From NCBI GenBank assembly GCA_963708135.1, contig OY970192.1:4672001-4736000 (forward strand): a stretch of 64,000 bases of DNA, given 5' to 3'. Each line of letters begins with the position of its first letter. Position 1 is the first letter of the stretch. A program made the translations under genes and the position numbers. The stretch comes from an uncultured Gemmatimonadales bacterium. Lineage in GTDB: Bacteria > Gemmatimonadota > Gemmatimonadetes > Longimicrobiales > RSA9. The notes beneath the pieces were generated by a model, which was given only the letters and a program-made list of their open reading frames with translations, did no database searches and was not told the DNA's origin. Shown in pieces: positions 46,892 through 56,082 of the stretch.

Positions 46892-48139
46892 GTGGAAGGA
46901 CTGGATCCAAGCTACCTCGTCGGAATTGACTGGGCCAGCGACAAGCATGACGTCTGTGTGCTCGATCTGAGCGGCGCCCTCGTTGACGCGTTCACCATCC
47001 CTCACACGGCCGGTGGGCTGAGTGAGCTGATCCGGCGCCTGCGTCGCGTCAGCTCTCCGGCGCAGCTGCCCATCGCCATCGAGCGGCCGTCCGGACTTCT
47101 GGTGGATACGTTGGTCGAGGCCGGCTTCCCGGTCGTTCCGATCCACCCGAACGCCCTCAAGGCCACCCGGCCCCGCTACGCCGCGGCTCCGGGGAAGAGC
47201 GATCCCGGTGATGCCTACATCCTCGCCGACGTCCTGCGTACCGATGGGCATCGATTCCGGCCGCTCCGGGTCCCCTCCGATCGCACCAAGGCGCTTCGCG
47301 CCGCCGTTCGCACCCGCGATGACCTGGTCGCGACCCGCGTCCAGCTCGCCAATCAGCTCCGCAGCCTGCTCGACAGCTTCTGGGCCGGCGCTGCCGCCAT
47401 TTTCGCCGATGTCGATAGCCCGATCGCCCTCGATTTCCTGGACGCCTACCCCACCCCGGAGAGCGCCGCCCGCCTCGGGCCCAAGCGCCTCGAACGATTC
47501 CTCAAGCGCACTGCCTACTGCGGCCGCCGGCCGGTCGATCAGCTCCTCGAGCGGCTCCGCTCCGCCCCCGCAGGGCAGGCCGCCGAGCTCGAGAGCGAGA
47601 CCAAAGGTCAGCTCGTCCGTTCCCTGGTCGCCGTCCTCCGCCCTCTCGTGGCTCAGATCCGCGAGCTCGACGGGCTCATCGCCGCTCACCTCGCGCAGCA
47701 TCCCGACGGTGAGATCCTGAAGTCCTTCCCCCGCACCGGCACCATCAATGCCGCCCAGATTCTCGCCGAGCTCGGCGACGACCGGCTCCGCTTCGCCACC
47801 GACGCCCAGCTCGCCGCCGAAGCCGGCGTCGCCCCCGTTACGCACAGCTCCGGCAAGCATCGCGGCGTCGCCTGCCGCTTCGCCTGCAACAAGCGCCTGC
47901 GACAAGCCCTCACCACCTGGGCGGACAACTCCCGCCATGCCCACCCCTGGGCCGCCGCCGTCTACAAGTGCGCCCGTGCCCGCGGCTGCGATCACCCGCA
48001 CGCAATCCGAATCCTCGCCCGAGCCTGGGTCCGCGTGCTGTGGCGCTGCTGGCACAATCGGTCCACCTACGACCCCTCCCGACATGGACGGGCTATCCCC
48101 TTCTTCACCCCCGCGGAACCCACCGCGGCGGCTGCTTGA
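46892..48139 (+). CDS. IS110-family DEDD recombinase/transposase
   Basis: VGIDWASDKHD, IAIE, GKSDPGDA (DEDD RuvC-like), AGVAPVTHSSGK (Tnp serine motif), NKRLR, LARAW. GGAGGTGAGG RBS. Confidence 0.95.
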   Translation: MEGLDPSYLVGIDWASDKHDVCVLDLSGALVDAFTIPHTAGGLSELIRRLRRVSSPAQLPIAIERPSGLLVDTLVEAGFPVVPIHPNALKATRPRYAAAPGKSDPGDAYILADVLRTDGHRFRPLRVPSDRTKALRAAVRTRDDLVATRVQLANQLRSLLDSFWAGAAAIFADVDSPIALDFLDAYPTPESAARLGPKRLERFLKRTAYCGRRPVDQLLERLRSAPAGQAAELESETKGQLVRSLVAVLRPLVAQIRELDGLIAAHLAQHPDGEILKSFPRTGTINAAQILAELGDDRLRFATDAQLAAEAGVAPVTHSSGKHRGVACRFACNKRLRQALTTWADNSRHAHPWAAAVYKCARARGCDHPHAIRILARAWVRVLWRCWHNRSTYDPSRHGRAIPFFTPAEPTAAAA

Positions 48140-48323
48140 ACACAGGGGGGTTGACACAGGGTGTCTCATGCCGCCTCGTGAAGGAGCCACCGGTGCGCGG
48201 CTCAATCTTGCGGCGCGGCGGCCCGACTGGCAACGGGGCAGGGAGGCGGCACCCGGCCCGCTTCCTGCATTGTCAGGGGCCCGCTGACAGGAACGGCACC
48301 GCGCCCAGTCGGAGGACCCCCCA

Positions 48324-48770
48324 ATGGTGGATGAAACCTGCATCTTCTGCCGCATCATCGGCGGCGCGGAGATGGTGAGCATCGTGCACGAGGACAGCGA
48401 CGTGATCGCCTTCATGGACATCCAGCCCGCGAGCGTCGGCCACACCCTCGTGGTCACGAAGGACCACTACCCGACCCTCTTCGAGCTGCCGGACGACCTG
48501 GCCGCCCACTGCATCTCCACCGCCAAGTGGATCGGCGAGGCGATCAAGCGCGCCACCGGCGCCGACGCCGTCAACCTCTTCAGCGCCAACGGCCGCGCCG
48601 GCGGCCAGGACGTGCTCCACTTCCATCTGCACCTCATTCCCGTCCGTGAAGGCGACGACTTCGCCCTCCAGCTCCCGCTCGCCGACGCGCGCATCCCGTC
48701 GCGCTCCGAGCTCGACGTGACCGCCGCCCGCATCGGCCGGGCCGTCCAGGACCAGAGCGCGAAGGTCTGA
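48324..48770 (+). CDS. HIT-family nucleotide hydrolase
   Basis: CIFCRII, FMDIQP..GHTLVV, GQDVLHFHLHLIP. Confidence 0.93.
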   Translation: MVDETCIFCRIIGGAEMVSIVHEDSDVIAFMDIQPASVGHTLVVTKDHYPTLFELPDDLAAHCISTAKWIGEAIKRATGADAVNLFSANGRAGGQDVLHFHLHLIPVREGDDFALQLPLADARIPSRSELDVTAARIGRAVQDQSAKV

Positions 48771-48882
48771 GGGCCGCCCCCCACGGGCCGGGGGGCGGGG
48801 AAGCCGCGGGACGCGCACCGGGCCGCGGCCGCTCCAGACGTTTTCCTTGCCTGACCTCCCGCGAGGCACCAACTTGCTGGCG

Positions 48883-50007
48883 ATGGAACGGTATCCTCCC
48901 TTCGATCCGCCGGAGTACCTCTCCTGGAAGCCCGATCCCGCGCTGACCGCGGAGTACCGCGAGCGACTTGCGGCGGACCCGTCGCGTGCGGCGATCATCG
49001 AGGGGCTCGATGAGGCGGCGCTCCTCGCGCTGTACGCCGGCATGCTGCGCAACCGGCTGCACGACTACGCGCTGAAGCGCTGGGTGCGGCAGGGCGTGAT
49101 CTCGAAGGCGTGGCTGGGGACGGGCGAGGAGGCGGTCACGATCGGAAACGTGCACGCGCTGGAGCGCGGCGTGGACGTTGTGGCGCCGATGATCCGGAAC
49201 GCGGGCGCCTGCCACGAGCTGGGGATGCCGCTGGACGACATGCTGCGTGGCTACCTGGGCACGGCCGACTCGCCGACGCACGGGCACGACCTGCACATCG
49301 GCTCGCTCGAGCACGGCGTGCTGCAGCCGATCTCACCGGTCGCGGAGATGGTGCCGATCATAACGGGGGTGGCGATGGCGTTCCAGCGGCGGGGCGAGCC
49401 GCGGGTCGCGCTGACCTGGGTGGGCGATGGCGCCACCAAGGCGGGCCTGTTCCACGAGGGGATGAGCCTGGCGGCGGTGCAGCAGGTGCCGGCGATCTTC
49501 GTCCTGCAGAACAACCAGGTCGCGCTCGGCACCCGCCTCGACCAGCACCAGCGGGGCGACCTCCTCGACTGGCCGCGGCTCTACGGGGTGGCAGGGGCGT
49601 CGGCGGACGGGAACAACGTGCTCGACGTCTATGCGGCCACGAAGCTCGCGGCGGACCGCGCGCGCGCGGGCGGCGGCGTGACGCTGCTGGTGGCGGAGAC
49701 GTTCCGGATGGGGGGACACGCCACGCACGACGAGGCGGAGGCGCGGGCGACGTTCCCGCCGGAGCTCTTCGAGCGCTGGGGCCGCCGGGACCCGATCGGC
49801 CTGTACGAGGAGTACCTGGTGGGCGAGGGGATCGGGCGGGACCGGCTGGAGTCGATCGAGGCGGACGTCATCGCCGAGGTCGATGCCGCCGCGGAGCGGG
49901 CGCTGGCCTCGCGCGAGGGCGCCCCCGCCAGGGCGGCCGATGCCGAGTACGCGGGCGTGAGCGCGGGGGTCCGGCAGCCGGGGCTGGCGGCCCGGCTCAG
50001 GCGCTGA
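48883..50007 (+). CDS. TPP-dependent 2-oxoacid dehydrogenase E1 alpha-like subunit
   Basis: GEEA, VGDGATKAG..LQNN, DGNNV, FRMGGHATHD, RDPI. Confidence 0.9.
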   Translation: MERYPPFDPPEYLSWKPDPALTAEYRERLAADPSRAAIIEGLDEAALLALYAGMLRNRLHDYALKRWVRQGVISKAWLGTGEEAVTIGNVHALERGVDVVAPMIRNAGACHELGMPLDDMLRGYLGTADSPTHGHDLHIGSLEHGVLQPISPVAEMVPIITGVAMAFQRRGEPRVALTWVGDGATKAGLFHEGMSLAAVQQVPAIFVLQNNQVALGTRLDQHQRGDLLDWPRLYGVAGASADGNNVLDVYAATKLAADRARAGGGVTLLVAETFRMGGHATHDEAEARATFPPELFERWGRRDPIGLYEEYLVGEGIGRDRLESIEADVIAEVDAAAERALASREGAPARAADAEYAGVSAGVRQPGLAARLRR

Positions 50008-50590
50008 TCCCGGCGCGCGCCGCGAGCTCGAGGAACTGACCCAGGATGCGGTGGGTGAGCCCCCAGATCACGTGCTCGCCGTAGGCGATGGAGGGGAAGG
50101 TCCGCCGCATCCCCTCGATCTCGAGCACCAGCTCGCTGGCGGCGCCCTCGGCCCGGAGCTCATCGAGCGGGACCCAGAGCGCGGCCTCGACCTCGCGCGG
50201 ATCGGGGCTCGCCACCACGTCCGCGGGCACGCCGAACACGAAGGGCGCGATGACCAGCGGCGGCAGGCGGCGCGAGCCCGGCGCGACCTCGTCGAGCGCG
50301 CCGAGCGGGTGGAGCGGTGCGCCGATGCCGGTCTCCTCCTCGGTCTCCCGGACGGCCGTGGCGTGGAGGTCCGGATCGCGCAGATCGCGCCGCCCGCCGG
50401 GGAGAGCCATGTGGCCGGACCAGGGGTCGCCTGCCACCTCGGCGCGCTTGATGAGCAGCAGCTCGAGCCTCTGGCGTGGGCGCAGGAGCAGCGCGACGGC
50501 GGCCTCGCGCGACTCCGGCTCGCGCGGCAGGCCGCGGGCGCGGTGGCCCGCGAGCACGGCCTCGAGCCGGAGGATGCGGGGGTCGTCCAT
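49997..50590 (-). CDS. Nudix CoA pyrophosphatase (NudL-like)
   Basis: WSGHMALPGG, TAVRETEEETG, PREV, IWGLT. Confidence 0.88.
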   Translation of the reverse strand: MDDPRILRLEAVLAGHRARGLPREPESREAAVALLLRPRQRLELLLIKRAEVAGDPWSGHMALPGGRRDLRDPDLHATAVRETEEETGIGAPLHPLGALDEVAPGSRRLPPLVIAPFVFGVPADVVASPDPREVEAALWVPLDELRAEGAASELVLEIEGMRRTFPSIAYGEHVIWGLTHRILGQFLELAARAGISA

Positions 50591-50653
50591 GCCGGACACA
50601 GTACGGCCCGGCGCTGAGGGGAGCAACGCGCGCTCCCGCGTGTATGAAGAATC

Positions 50654-50974
50654 GTGGCAGGACCCGGAGGCTCGCGGGACTCGACCCGCCGTGAACGGAT
50701 CTACCGCAGGGATGGCTGGCGCTGCGTGTACTGCGGCGCCGTGCTCCCACCCGACGAGTTGACGCTGGATCACGTGCAGCCGCGGATGAAAGGCGGAGAC
50801 GCCTCGGAAGGCAACCTCGTCACGTGCTGCCGGGCGTGCAACACGGCCAAGGGCGGAGAGGCCGCGTGGTCGTTCCTGGCGCGGCGTCCCGAGCTGCGCC
50901 AGAACTTCCTTCGCTACGCCCGCGGCATCTGGCCCCGGCTGCGGCGGGCGGTCGCCGAGGCGGCCGGCGAGTAG
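50654..50974 (+). CDS. Small HNH endonuclease
   Basis: RDGWRCVYCG..LTLDHVQPR.KGG..NLVTCCRACNTAKG. Confidence 0.88.
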   Translation: MAGPGGSRDSTRRERIYRRDGWRCVYCGAVLPPDELTLDHVQPRMKGGDASEGNLVTCCRACNTAKGGEAAWSFLARRPELRQNFLRYARGIWPRLRRAVAEAAGE

Positions 50975-51065
50975 CCGCCCACTCCGGCTCAGGCAGGACG
51001 TCGCCCGCGGACGGGCGGCAGCGCGGTACCGCGCCCGACGCGGGCGCACTCCACTGGGAACGAAC

Positions 51066-53453
51066 ATGAGAGCACGACGTCGTCATCTCGTCCTGGCAGC
51101 GCTCGCCGCGCTGACCCTGGGGGCGTGCGCCCCGGGGCCGCGGCAGGCGCTCGGGCCGGATGTGCGGCGCGAGCTCGACCGCGGGCGGGCGCTGGCGGAG
51201 CGGTGGAGCGTGGCGGGGCGGAGCCGCACGCCGATCCACACGGCCGACGCGGCCGCCGCCGCCTACCTGGAGCGGCTCCGGCTCGGGCTGGGCAGCCCGT
51301 TCCGGTTGATCGACTATGCGACGACGGACCCCCGGCTCTCTGCGGCGCAGCGCCGCGACCTGGGCTGGGCGCTGCTCGCGCGCGTGGTCGCCGGCGCCGA
51401 CTACGTCATCGAGCCGGCGGCGCTGGACCGGGCCGGCACCCCGGGCGTGGCGCCGGCGGGGACGGGGCGCTACCACCTGCGGCTGATCGAGAACGCGGTC
51501 CGCGAGGCGCGCGACCCGCGCGGGGGCGAGCTGGCGGTGCGGCTGGCCTACGGGCTGGCGGCAGCCGAGCGGAGCGTGGGCAGGGACGCGCCGCGGCTGG
51601 CGGCGGAGGCAGCCGCCCTGCTGCGGGACCGCGAGCTGGCGCGCATCGATGCCGACCGGCTCCTGCGGACGGCCAGCCGCCTGCACGAGGATCCGCTGAC
51701 GCTGCTGCCGCGCTGGCGGGCGGAGCGCCGCTTCCTCGTGGAGGCGCCGCCGCTGGAGAAGCTGCCGCAGGCGGTCGAGCGAGAGGCCATGGAGATGGCG
51801 CCGCGGCTGGCGGAATCGCTCAGGCTGCTCGCGCCGCGCCTGGCCGACCAGCCCGTGCAGCTGGAGACACCGGCGGCGGGCACGGCGCCGCTCCTCTCGC
51901 CCGCCGTGGCGCGGGAGCTAGCCGCGACGCCCGACAGCCTGCAGCTCCCGCCGGAGACGCCGATCGTCGTGGCCACCATGATCGAGCGGGAGCAGATCCT
52001 CGGGGCGGCGGATGCGCCGGCGACGGCGCGCACGGCGCGGCGTCGCTTCCTCGACCGGGCGACCGACGGCGAGCGCTACGCGGTCGAGCACGCCCGCGTG
52101 CTGGCCACGGATTCCACGAGCGCGGAGCTCCTGGCCCGGGTCACGCTCGCGGTGGCGACATCGCTGCGCAGCTACGCGCAGGAGGCGGTCTGGTGGCCCT
52201 CCTACGGTGGCCCGTCGGGGAGCGAGTTGCGCGACCGGCTGGGGCTGCGTGTCTCCTTCGACGCCGCCGTGCCGGCGCTCTGGCGCCCCTACTACCGCGG
52301 GATGCTGGCACGCGGGCTCGCCGACCTGCAGCGCGTGCTGCCCGCGCTCGACTTCCGCGGGCTGCGCGTGCGCTTCGGCCGCGCGCCGGCCGGCAGCACG
52401 GTCCTCGCGCTCCACGATCCGCAGCACCGCACGGTCTTCCTTCCGCCGGCCACGGGGGCGGGCACGATCGCGCACGAGTTCGCCCACGACCTCGACTACC
52501 AGGTGGCGGAGCGACGCTACGGGATCCGGGGCGACTACGCCACCGACTTCGCCACGCGCACCGAGCGCGGCCGGCTGGCCGCCTCCGTCACGGGGCTGAG
52601 CGGCGCCACGCTGGTGGCGCCCGCGCCCGGCGACCCGGCCGTGCCCGACCACGCCCACCGCCCGGCCGAGGTCTTCGCCCGCAGCATGGAGTGGTTCGTG
52701 GCGGTCTCGCTCGCCCGCGAGGGCCGCACGGACGGCTACCTCACCTCCGTCCAGGACGACATGCTGACCGGGTACGGGACCGTCGTCCCGCCCGATGTGA
52801 GCGGCGGGGCGGGACGGGCGCTGATCGAGATCCTGGATGACGTGGCCCCGGTCCACGCGGACACCCGCGCCTGGTTCCTCAAGGCGTACGGGCCCGACCG
52901 CGTGCTCACGCCCTTCGACCTGCTGCGCCGCGTGCTCGAGACGGCGCGGGTGCCCGGCCGCAGCCCCGAGACCCCCGCGCCCATCGCCTCGCCGGCGCCC
53001 GCGGCCGACTCCGCGGGCGGCGCCCCGCTCGAGCTGCCGTCGCTCACCGGCGCCGGCTACGCCTCGATCCGGCGCGCCAGGGACGCCGGGTTCGAGGCGA
53101 TCGACGCCTGGATCTGTGACGCGCCCGGCGCGGTCTACGACCGGGGGCTCGAGCAGGCGCGGCGTCGCCTGGTGACGCTGGCGGCGGGGGCACGGGCCCG
53201 CGGGCTGGCCCTGCGGATCGGTGGGCGGGTGGCCGGCACGCCCGGGCGCGACTGGGTGGCACGCGCCCTCTACGGCGCGCCCTGGCCGGGGGCGGCGCTC
53301 GACTCCGCCACCGTGGCCGTGCTCGACCCCGTCATCGCGGAGGCGCGGGCGATGGGCCGCTCGGACCTGCCGGATCCGGGACCCGGCTTCGGACTGGAGG
53401 AGGCGCCACGTCAGTGCGCGGCGCGGCCGTTCCCATCGCTCCGAGGCGACTGA
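51066..53453 (+). CDS. Large lipoprotein with HExxH metallopeptidase-like motif
   Basis: Lipobox LTLGAC, TIAHEFAHDLD, downstream PAEVFAR. Confidence 0.75.
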   Translation: MRARRRHLVLAALAALTLGACAPGPRQALGPDVRRELDRGRALAERWSVAGRSRTPIHTADAAAAAYLERLRLGLGSPFRLIDYATTDPRLSAAQRRDLGWALLARVVAGADYVIEPAALDRAGTPGVAPAGTGRYHLRLIENAVREARDPRGGELAVRLAYGLAAAERSVGRDAPRLAAEAAALLRDRELARIDADRLLRTASRLHEDPLTLLPRWRAERRFLVEAPPLEKLPQAVEREAMEMAPRLAESLRLLAPRLADQPVQLETPAAGTAPLLSPAVARELAATPDSLQLPPETPIVVATMIEREQILGAADAPATARTARRRFLDRATDGERYAVEHARVLATDSTSAELLARVTLAVATSLRSYAQEAVWWPSYGGPSGSELRDRLGLRVSFDAAVPALWRPYYRGMLARGLADLQRVLPALDFRGLRVRFGRAPAGSTVLALHDPQHRTVFLPPATGAGTIAHEFAHDLDYQVAERRYGIRGDYATDFATRTERGRLAASVTGLSGATLVAPAPGDPAVPDHAHRPAEVFARSMEWFVAVSLAREGRTDGYLTSVQDDMLTGYGTVVPPDVSGGAGRALIEILDDVAPVHADTRAWFLKAYGPDRVLTPFDLLRRVLETARVPGRSPETPAPIASPAPAADSAGGAPLELPSLTGAGYASIRRARDAGFEAIDAWICDAPGAVYDRGLEQARRRLVTLAAGARARGLALRIGGRVAGTPGRDWVARALYGAPWPGAALDSATVAVLDPVIAEARAMGRSDLPDPGPGFGLEEAPRQCAARPFPSLRGD

Positions 53454-53456
53454 GCC

Positions 53457-54185
53457 TCAGACGCCGTGGACGTCGGCGCCCCAGATGATCTTGTGGAGCT
53501 GGATCTGGTAGCGGACGGGGAGCCGGTCGTCGAGGATCCAGGCGGCGAGGTCGCGCAGGTCGAGGCTGTCCCAGACGGGTGAGAAGAGCAGGGCGCGGAG
53601 GGTGCCGTCCTGGATGCGCCGGTCGAGGCCGCGGCCGCGGATGACGCCGCGCGCCCATTCGTAGTCGGCGCGGTCGCGGAGAACGAACTTCAGCTCGTCG
53701 CCGGGACCGAGGTGGTCCAGGTTGGACCACAGGTTCCGCCCCACCTCGCCCGAGCCCGGGCACTTCAGGTCCATGATGCGGTGCGCGCGCGAGTCGAGGG
53801 GCGCGATGTCGATGGCGCCGGAGGTCTCGACCAGCACGGTGAAGCCGCGGTCGAGGAGCCGCTCCGCGAGCACGAAGGCGTTCCGGTGGATGAGGGGCTC
53901 TCCGCCCGTGATCTCGATGAGCCGGGTGCCGATCGCCTCGACGCGGGCGAGGATGTCGTCGAGGGCCAGCCGCTCGCCGCCGTAGAAGGCGTACTCCGTG
54001 TCGCACCAGGCGCAGCGGAGCGGGCAGCCGGTGAGGCGGACGAAGGTGCAGGGGAGCCCGGCCCAGGTGCTCTCGCCCTGGATGGAGTGGAAGATCTCCG
54101 TGACCCGCAGGAACGCCCGCCCGGCCTCCCGCTCGGCCGTCTCGCCCGCCTCGTGGCCGGCCTGCGCCGGCGCGCCGCCGCTCAC
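53457..54185 (-). CDS. queE: 7-carboxy-7-deazaguanine synthase (radical SAM)
   Basis: EIFHSIQGE, FVRLTGCPLRCAWCDT, ITGGEP, ETSG, QLHKIIW. Confidence 0.92.
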   Translation of the reverse strand: MSGGAPAQAGHEAGETAEREAGRAFLRVTEIFHSIQGESTWAGLPCTFVRLTGCPLRCAWCDTEYAFYGGERLALDDILARVEAIGTRLIEITGGEPLIHRNAFVLAERLLDRGFTVLVETSGAIDIAPLDSRAHRIMDLKCPGSGEVGRNLWSNLDHLGPGDELKFVLRDRADYEWARGVIRGRGLDRRIQDGTLRALLFSPVWDSLDLRDLAAWILDDRLPVRYQIQLHKIIWGADVHGV

Positions 54186-55135
54186 CGGTGGCCGTTGCCG
54201 CCCACGAGGAAGCCGAGCGGCGATTCCCGGAGCACGTTGTTCACGATGAAGAAGACGTTGGCCGGGCGTTCCGCCATGCGACGCATGAGGTAGGGGTACC
54301 AGGCGTCGCCGAACGGCACGTAGATGCGCACGTTGAAGCCGCTCTTCACGAGCCGCTGCTGGAGGTCGCGGCGCACGCCGTAGAGCATCTGGAACTCGAA
54401 GGCGGAGCGGTCGATGCCCGCCTCGGCCACGTGGTCCTCGGTGGCGCGGATCATCGCCTCGTCGTGCGTGGCGATGCCGGGGTAGGTGCCGTGGTCGAGC
54501 AGCTTCTTCATGAGCCGCACGAAGCTCGCATCGACGTCCGTCTTGTCGGGGTAGGCGACGCTCTTCGGCTCCTGGTACGCACCCTTGCAGAGCCGGACGC
54601 GCGCGCCGAGCTCGTTCAGCGCGTCGATGTCGGCGGCGCTGCGGTAGAGGTAGGACTGGATCACGACGCCGACGTTGCGATAGCCCTCCTCCCAGACGCG
54701 GTGGAAGAAGTGGAGCGTGCGCTCGGTGGTGTCGCTCCCCTCCATGTCGAAGCGGACGAACAGGTCGTGCGCGCGCGCCGCGTCGAGGATGCGGCCGGCG
54801 TTGTCCCGCAGGAAGGGCTCGTCGATCTCCTGCCCCATCTGCGTCAGCTTGACGGAGATGTTGGCGTCCAGCTTCTCCGCCGCGATGCGCTCGACGATGC
54901 CGAGCGCCACGTCCGCCGCGGCCCGCGCCTCCTCCCGCGTCGTCACCGCCTCGCCCAGGTAGTCCAGCGAGACGTGCATGCCCGCCTCGTTCAGCTCGCG
55001 GGCGACGCGCACCGCCTCGTCCAGCCGCTCTCCCGCGACGAAGCGCCGGGCCGCGGTGCGTGCGAACGGCGCGTGCGTGACGAGGCCGCGCGCCAGCCGG
55101 TTGTGGCTCAGGAACAGCAGGCCCTCGCGCAGCAT
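54182..55135 (-). CDS. Monofunctional proline dehydrogenase
   Basis: RFVAGE, SVKLTQMG, FDME, RLCKGAY, IATHD, EFQMLYG, YLMRRMAERP. Confidence 0.93.
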   Translation of the reverse strand: MLREGLLFLSHNRLARGLVTHAPFARTAARRFVAGERLDEAVRVARELNEAGMHVSLDYLGEAVTTREEARAAADVALGIVERIAAEKLDANISVKLTQMGQEIDEPFLRDNAGRILDAARAHDLFVRFDMEGSDTTERTLHFFHRVWEEGYRNVGVVIQSYLYRSAADIDALNELGARVRLCKGAYQEPKSVAYPDKTDVDASFVRLMKKLLDHGTYPGIATHDEAMIRATEDHVAEAGIDRSAFEFQMLYGVRRDLQQRLVKSGFNVRIYVPFGDAWYPYLMRRMAERPANVFFIVNNVLRESPLGFLVGGNGHR

Positions 55136-55137
55136 GA

Positions 55138-55608
55138 TCAATCCTCCAGCTCCGCCCGCCGCCGCGCGATGGCGGCATCGAGCTCGGCCTTGACCTCGTA
55201 GAGGGAGAGCTCCATCACGGCCTGCCGGGCCTCCTCCTCGCTCCGGCCCCGGGACAGGTCGCCCGACTCCGTGTGCTCCATGATCCCCGCCCCGGTCGCT
55301 GCCCAGCGCAGGAACACGAGGAAGCCGACGAAGCGCCCATCCCCCTCCCCGCTGTCCTCCACATCCACGTCCACCGTGTAGGGCTGCCCGTCGCTCCCCT
55401 CGAACGCCGGCACGCGGTTGTGCCTGGCGACGTAGCCGCCGAGCGTCACGTCGCCCGCCGCGCTGGCCTGCTCGTCCGAGGGCGCGCGTCCCGCGAGCCC
55501 TTCGACGAGGTCCGGCGCCTCCGCCTCGTCCTCGTCCGCGGCGGCCTCGATCGCGCGCATCTCGAGGGCGTCGAGCAGGCTCTCGTCCGGCGTCTCGTTG
55601 TCTTCCAT
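55138..55608 (-). CDS. Acidic hypothetical protein
   Basis: GGAGG RBS, ATG 55608, protein-like TLGGY..H..PAFEGSDGQPYTV..HTESG. Abuts the proline dehydrogenase start. Confidence 0.8.
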   Translation of the reverse strand: MEDNETPDESLLDALEMRAIEAAADEDEAEAPDLVEGLAGRAPSDEQASAAGDVTLGGYVARHNRVPAFEGSDGQPYTVDVDVEDSGEGDGRFVGFLVFLRWAATGAGIMEHTESGDLSRGRSEEEARQAVMELSLYEVKAELDAAIARRRAELED

Positions 55609-55763
55609 CGCGTGCGCCTCCGACCGATTCCGGGCCCCGGGGTTGCATGGTCCGGACCCCGCTGAAAGTGTATCCGGGCCGGGAGAGGGGGACAAGGTCG
55701 GGTGGGCATCTGCGCCCCGGGCCGGAGCGCGGGCGGCCGGGGGCGGACGGGGCCCGACGGCGA

Positions 55764-56000
55764 GAGTGGGGGAGTGGGGGAGTGGGGGACCGCGGCCGGC
55801 TGCCGCGAGCTCCTCCCATCACCGTGCGCGGCGACGCGCGCGACGCGCGCGGGTCCGCCGTGGATCTTCCGCTGCCGTGCGCGGCGCCCCGGCCGGCGCG
55901 GCGAGGACGCCGGCGCGCTCGGCGAAGGGCGCGGCGGGTGGAGGAGGGCCGGCCGGCGCGGCGGCCGGAGTCGTCGCTCCGGTCCCCCACTCTCCCACTC
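55764..56000. repeat. Solo octamer-terminated element
   Basis: (GAGTGGGG)x3 at the left and CCCCCACTCTCCCACTC at the right, 237 bp apart, in a divergent intergenic region. Confidence 0.7.
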
Positions 56001-56082
56001 GGGCCGTGGGGAAGTCGCGGGCGCTTTGCCCGGCCTTCGACGAGGTCATAAGCTTCGACTCGACCATCGCGTGGGAGGAAAG

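Larger units (their letters stand above)
46674..48168 (+). mobile_element. IS110-family insertion sequence
   Basis: IS110 recombinase with a ~215-bp left non-coding end and short right end containing TTGACA. CTCA occurs at both junctions (46674-77, 48165-68). No terminal inverted repeats. Confidence 0.88.

Noticed and set aside
46631..48457. 608-aa minus-strand ORF across the IS110
   Set aside because: Antisense to the recombinase and crosses both IS junctions.
53457..54185. queE as part of a 7-deazaguanine DNA-modification island
   Set aside because: No dpdA, queC or queD nearby; the context is housekeeping.
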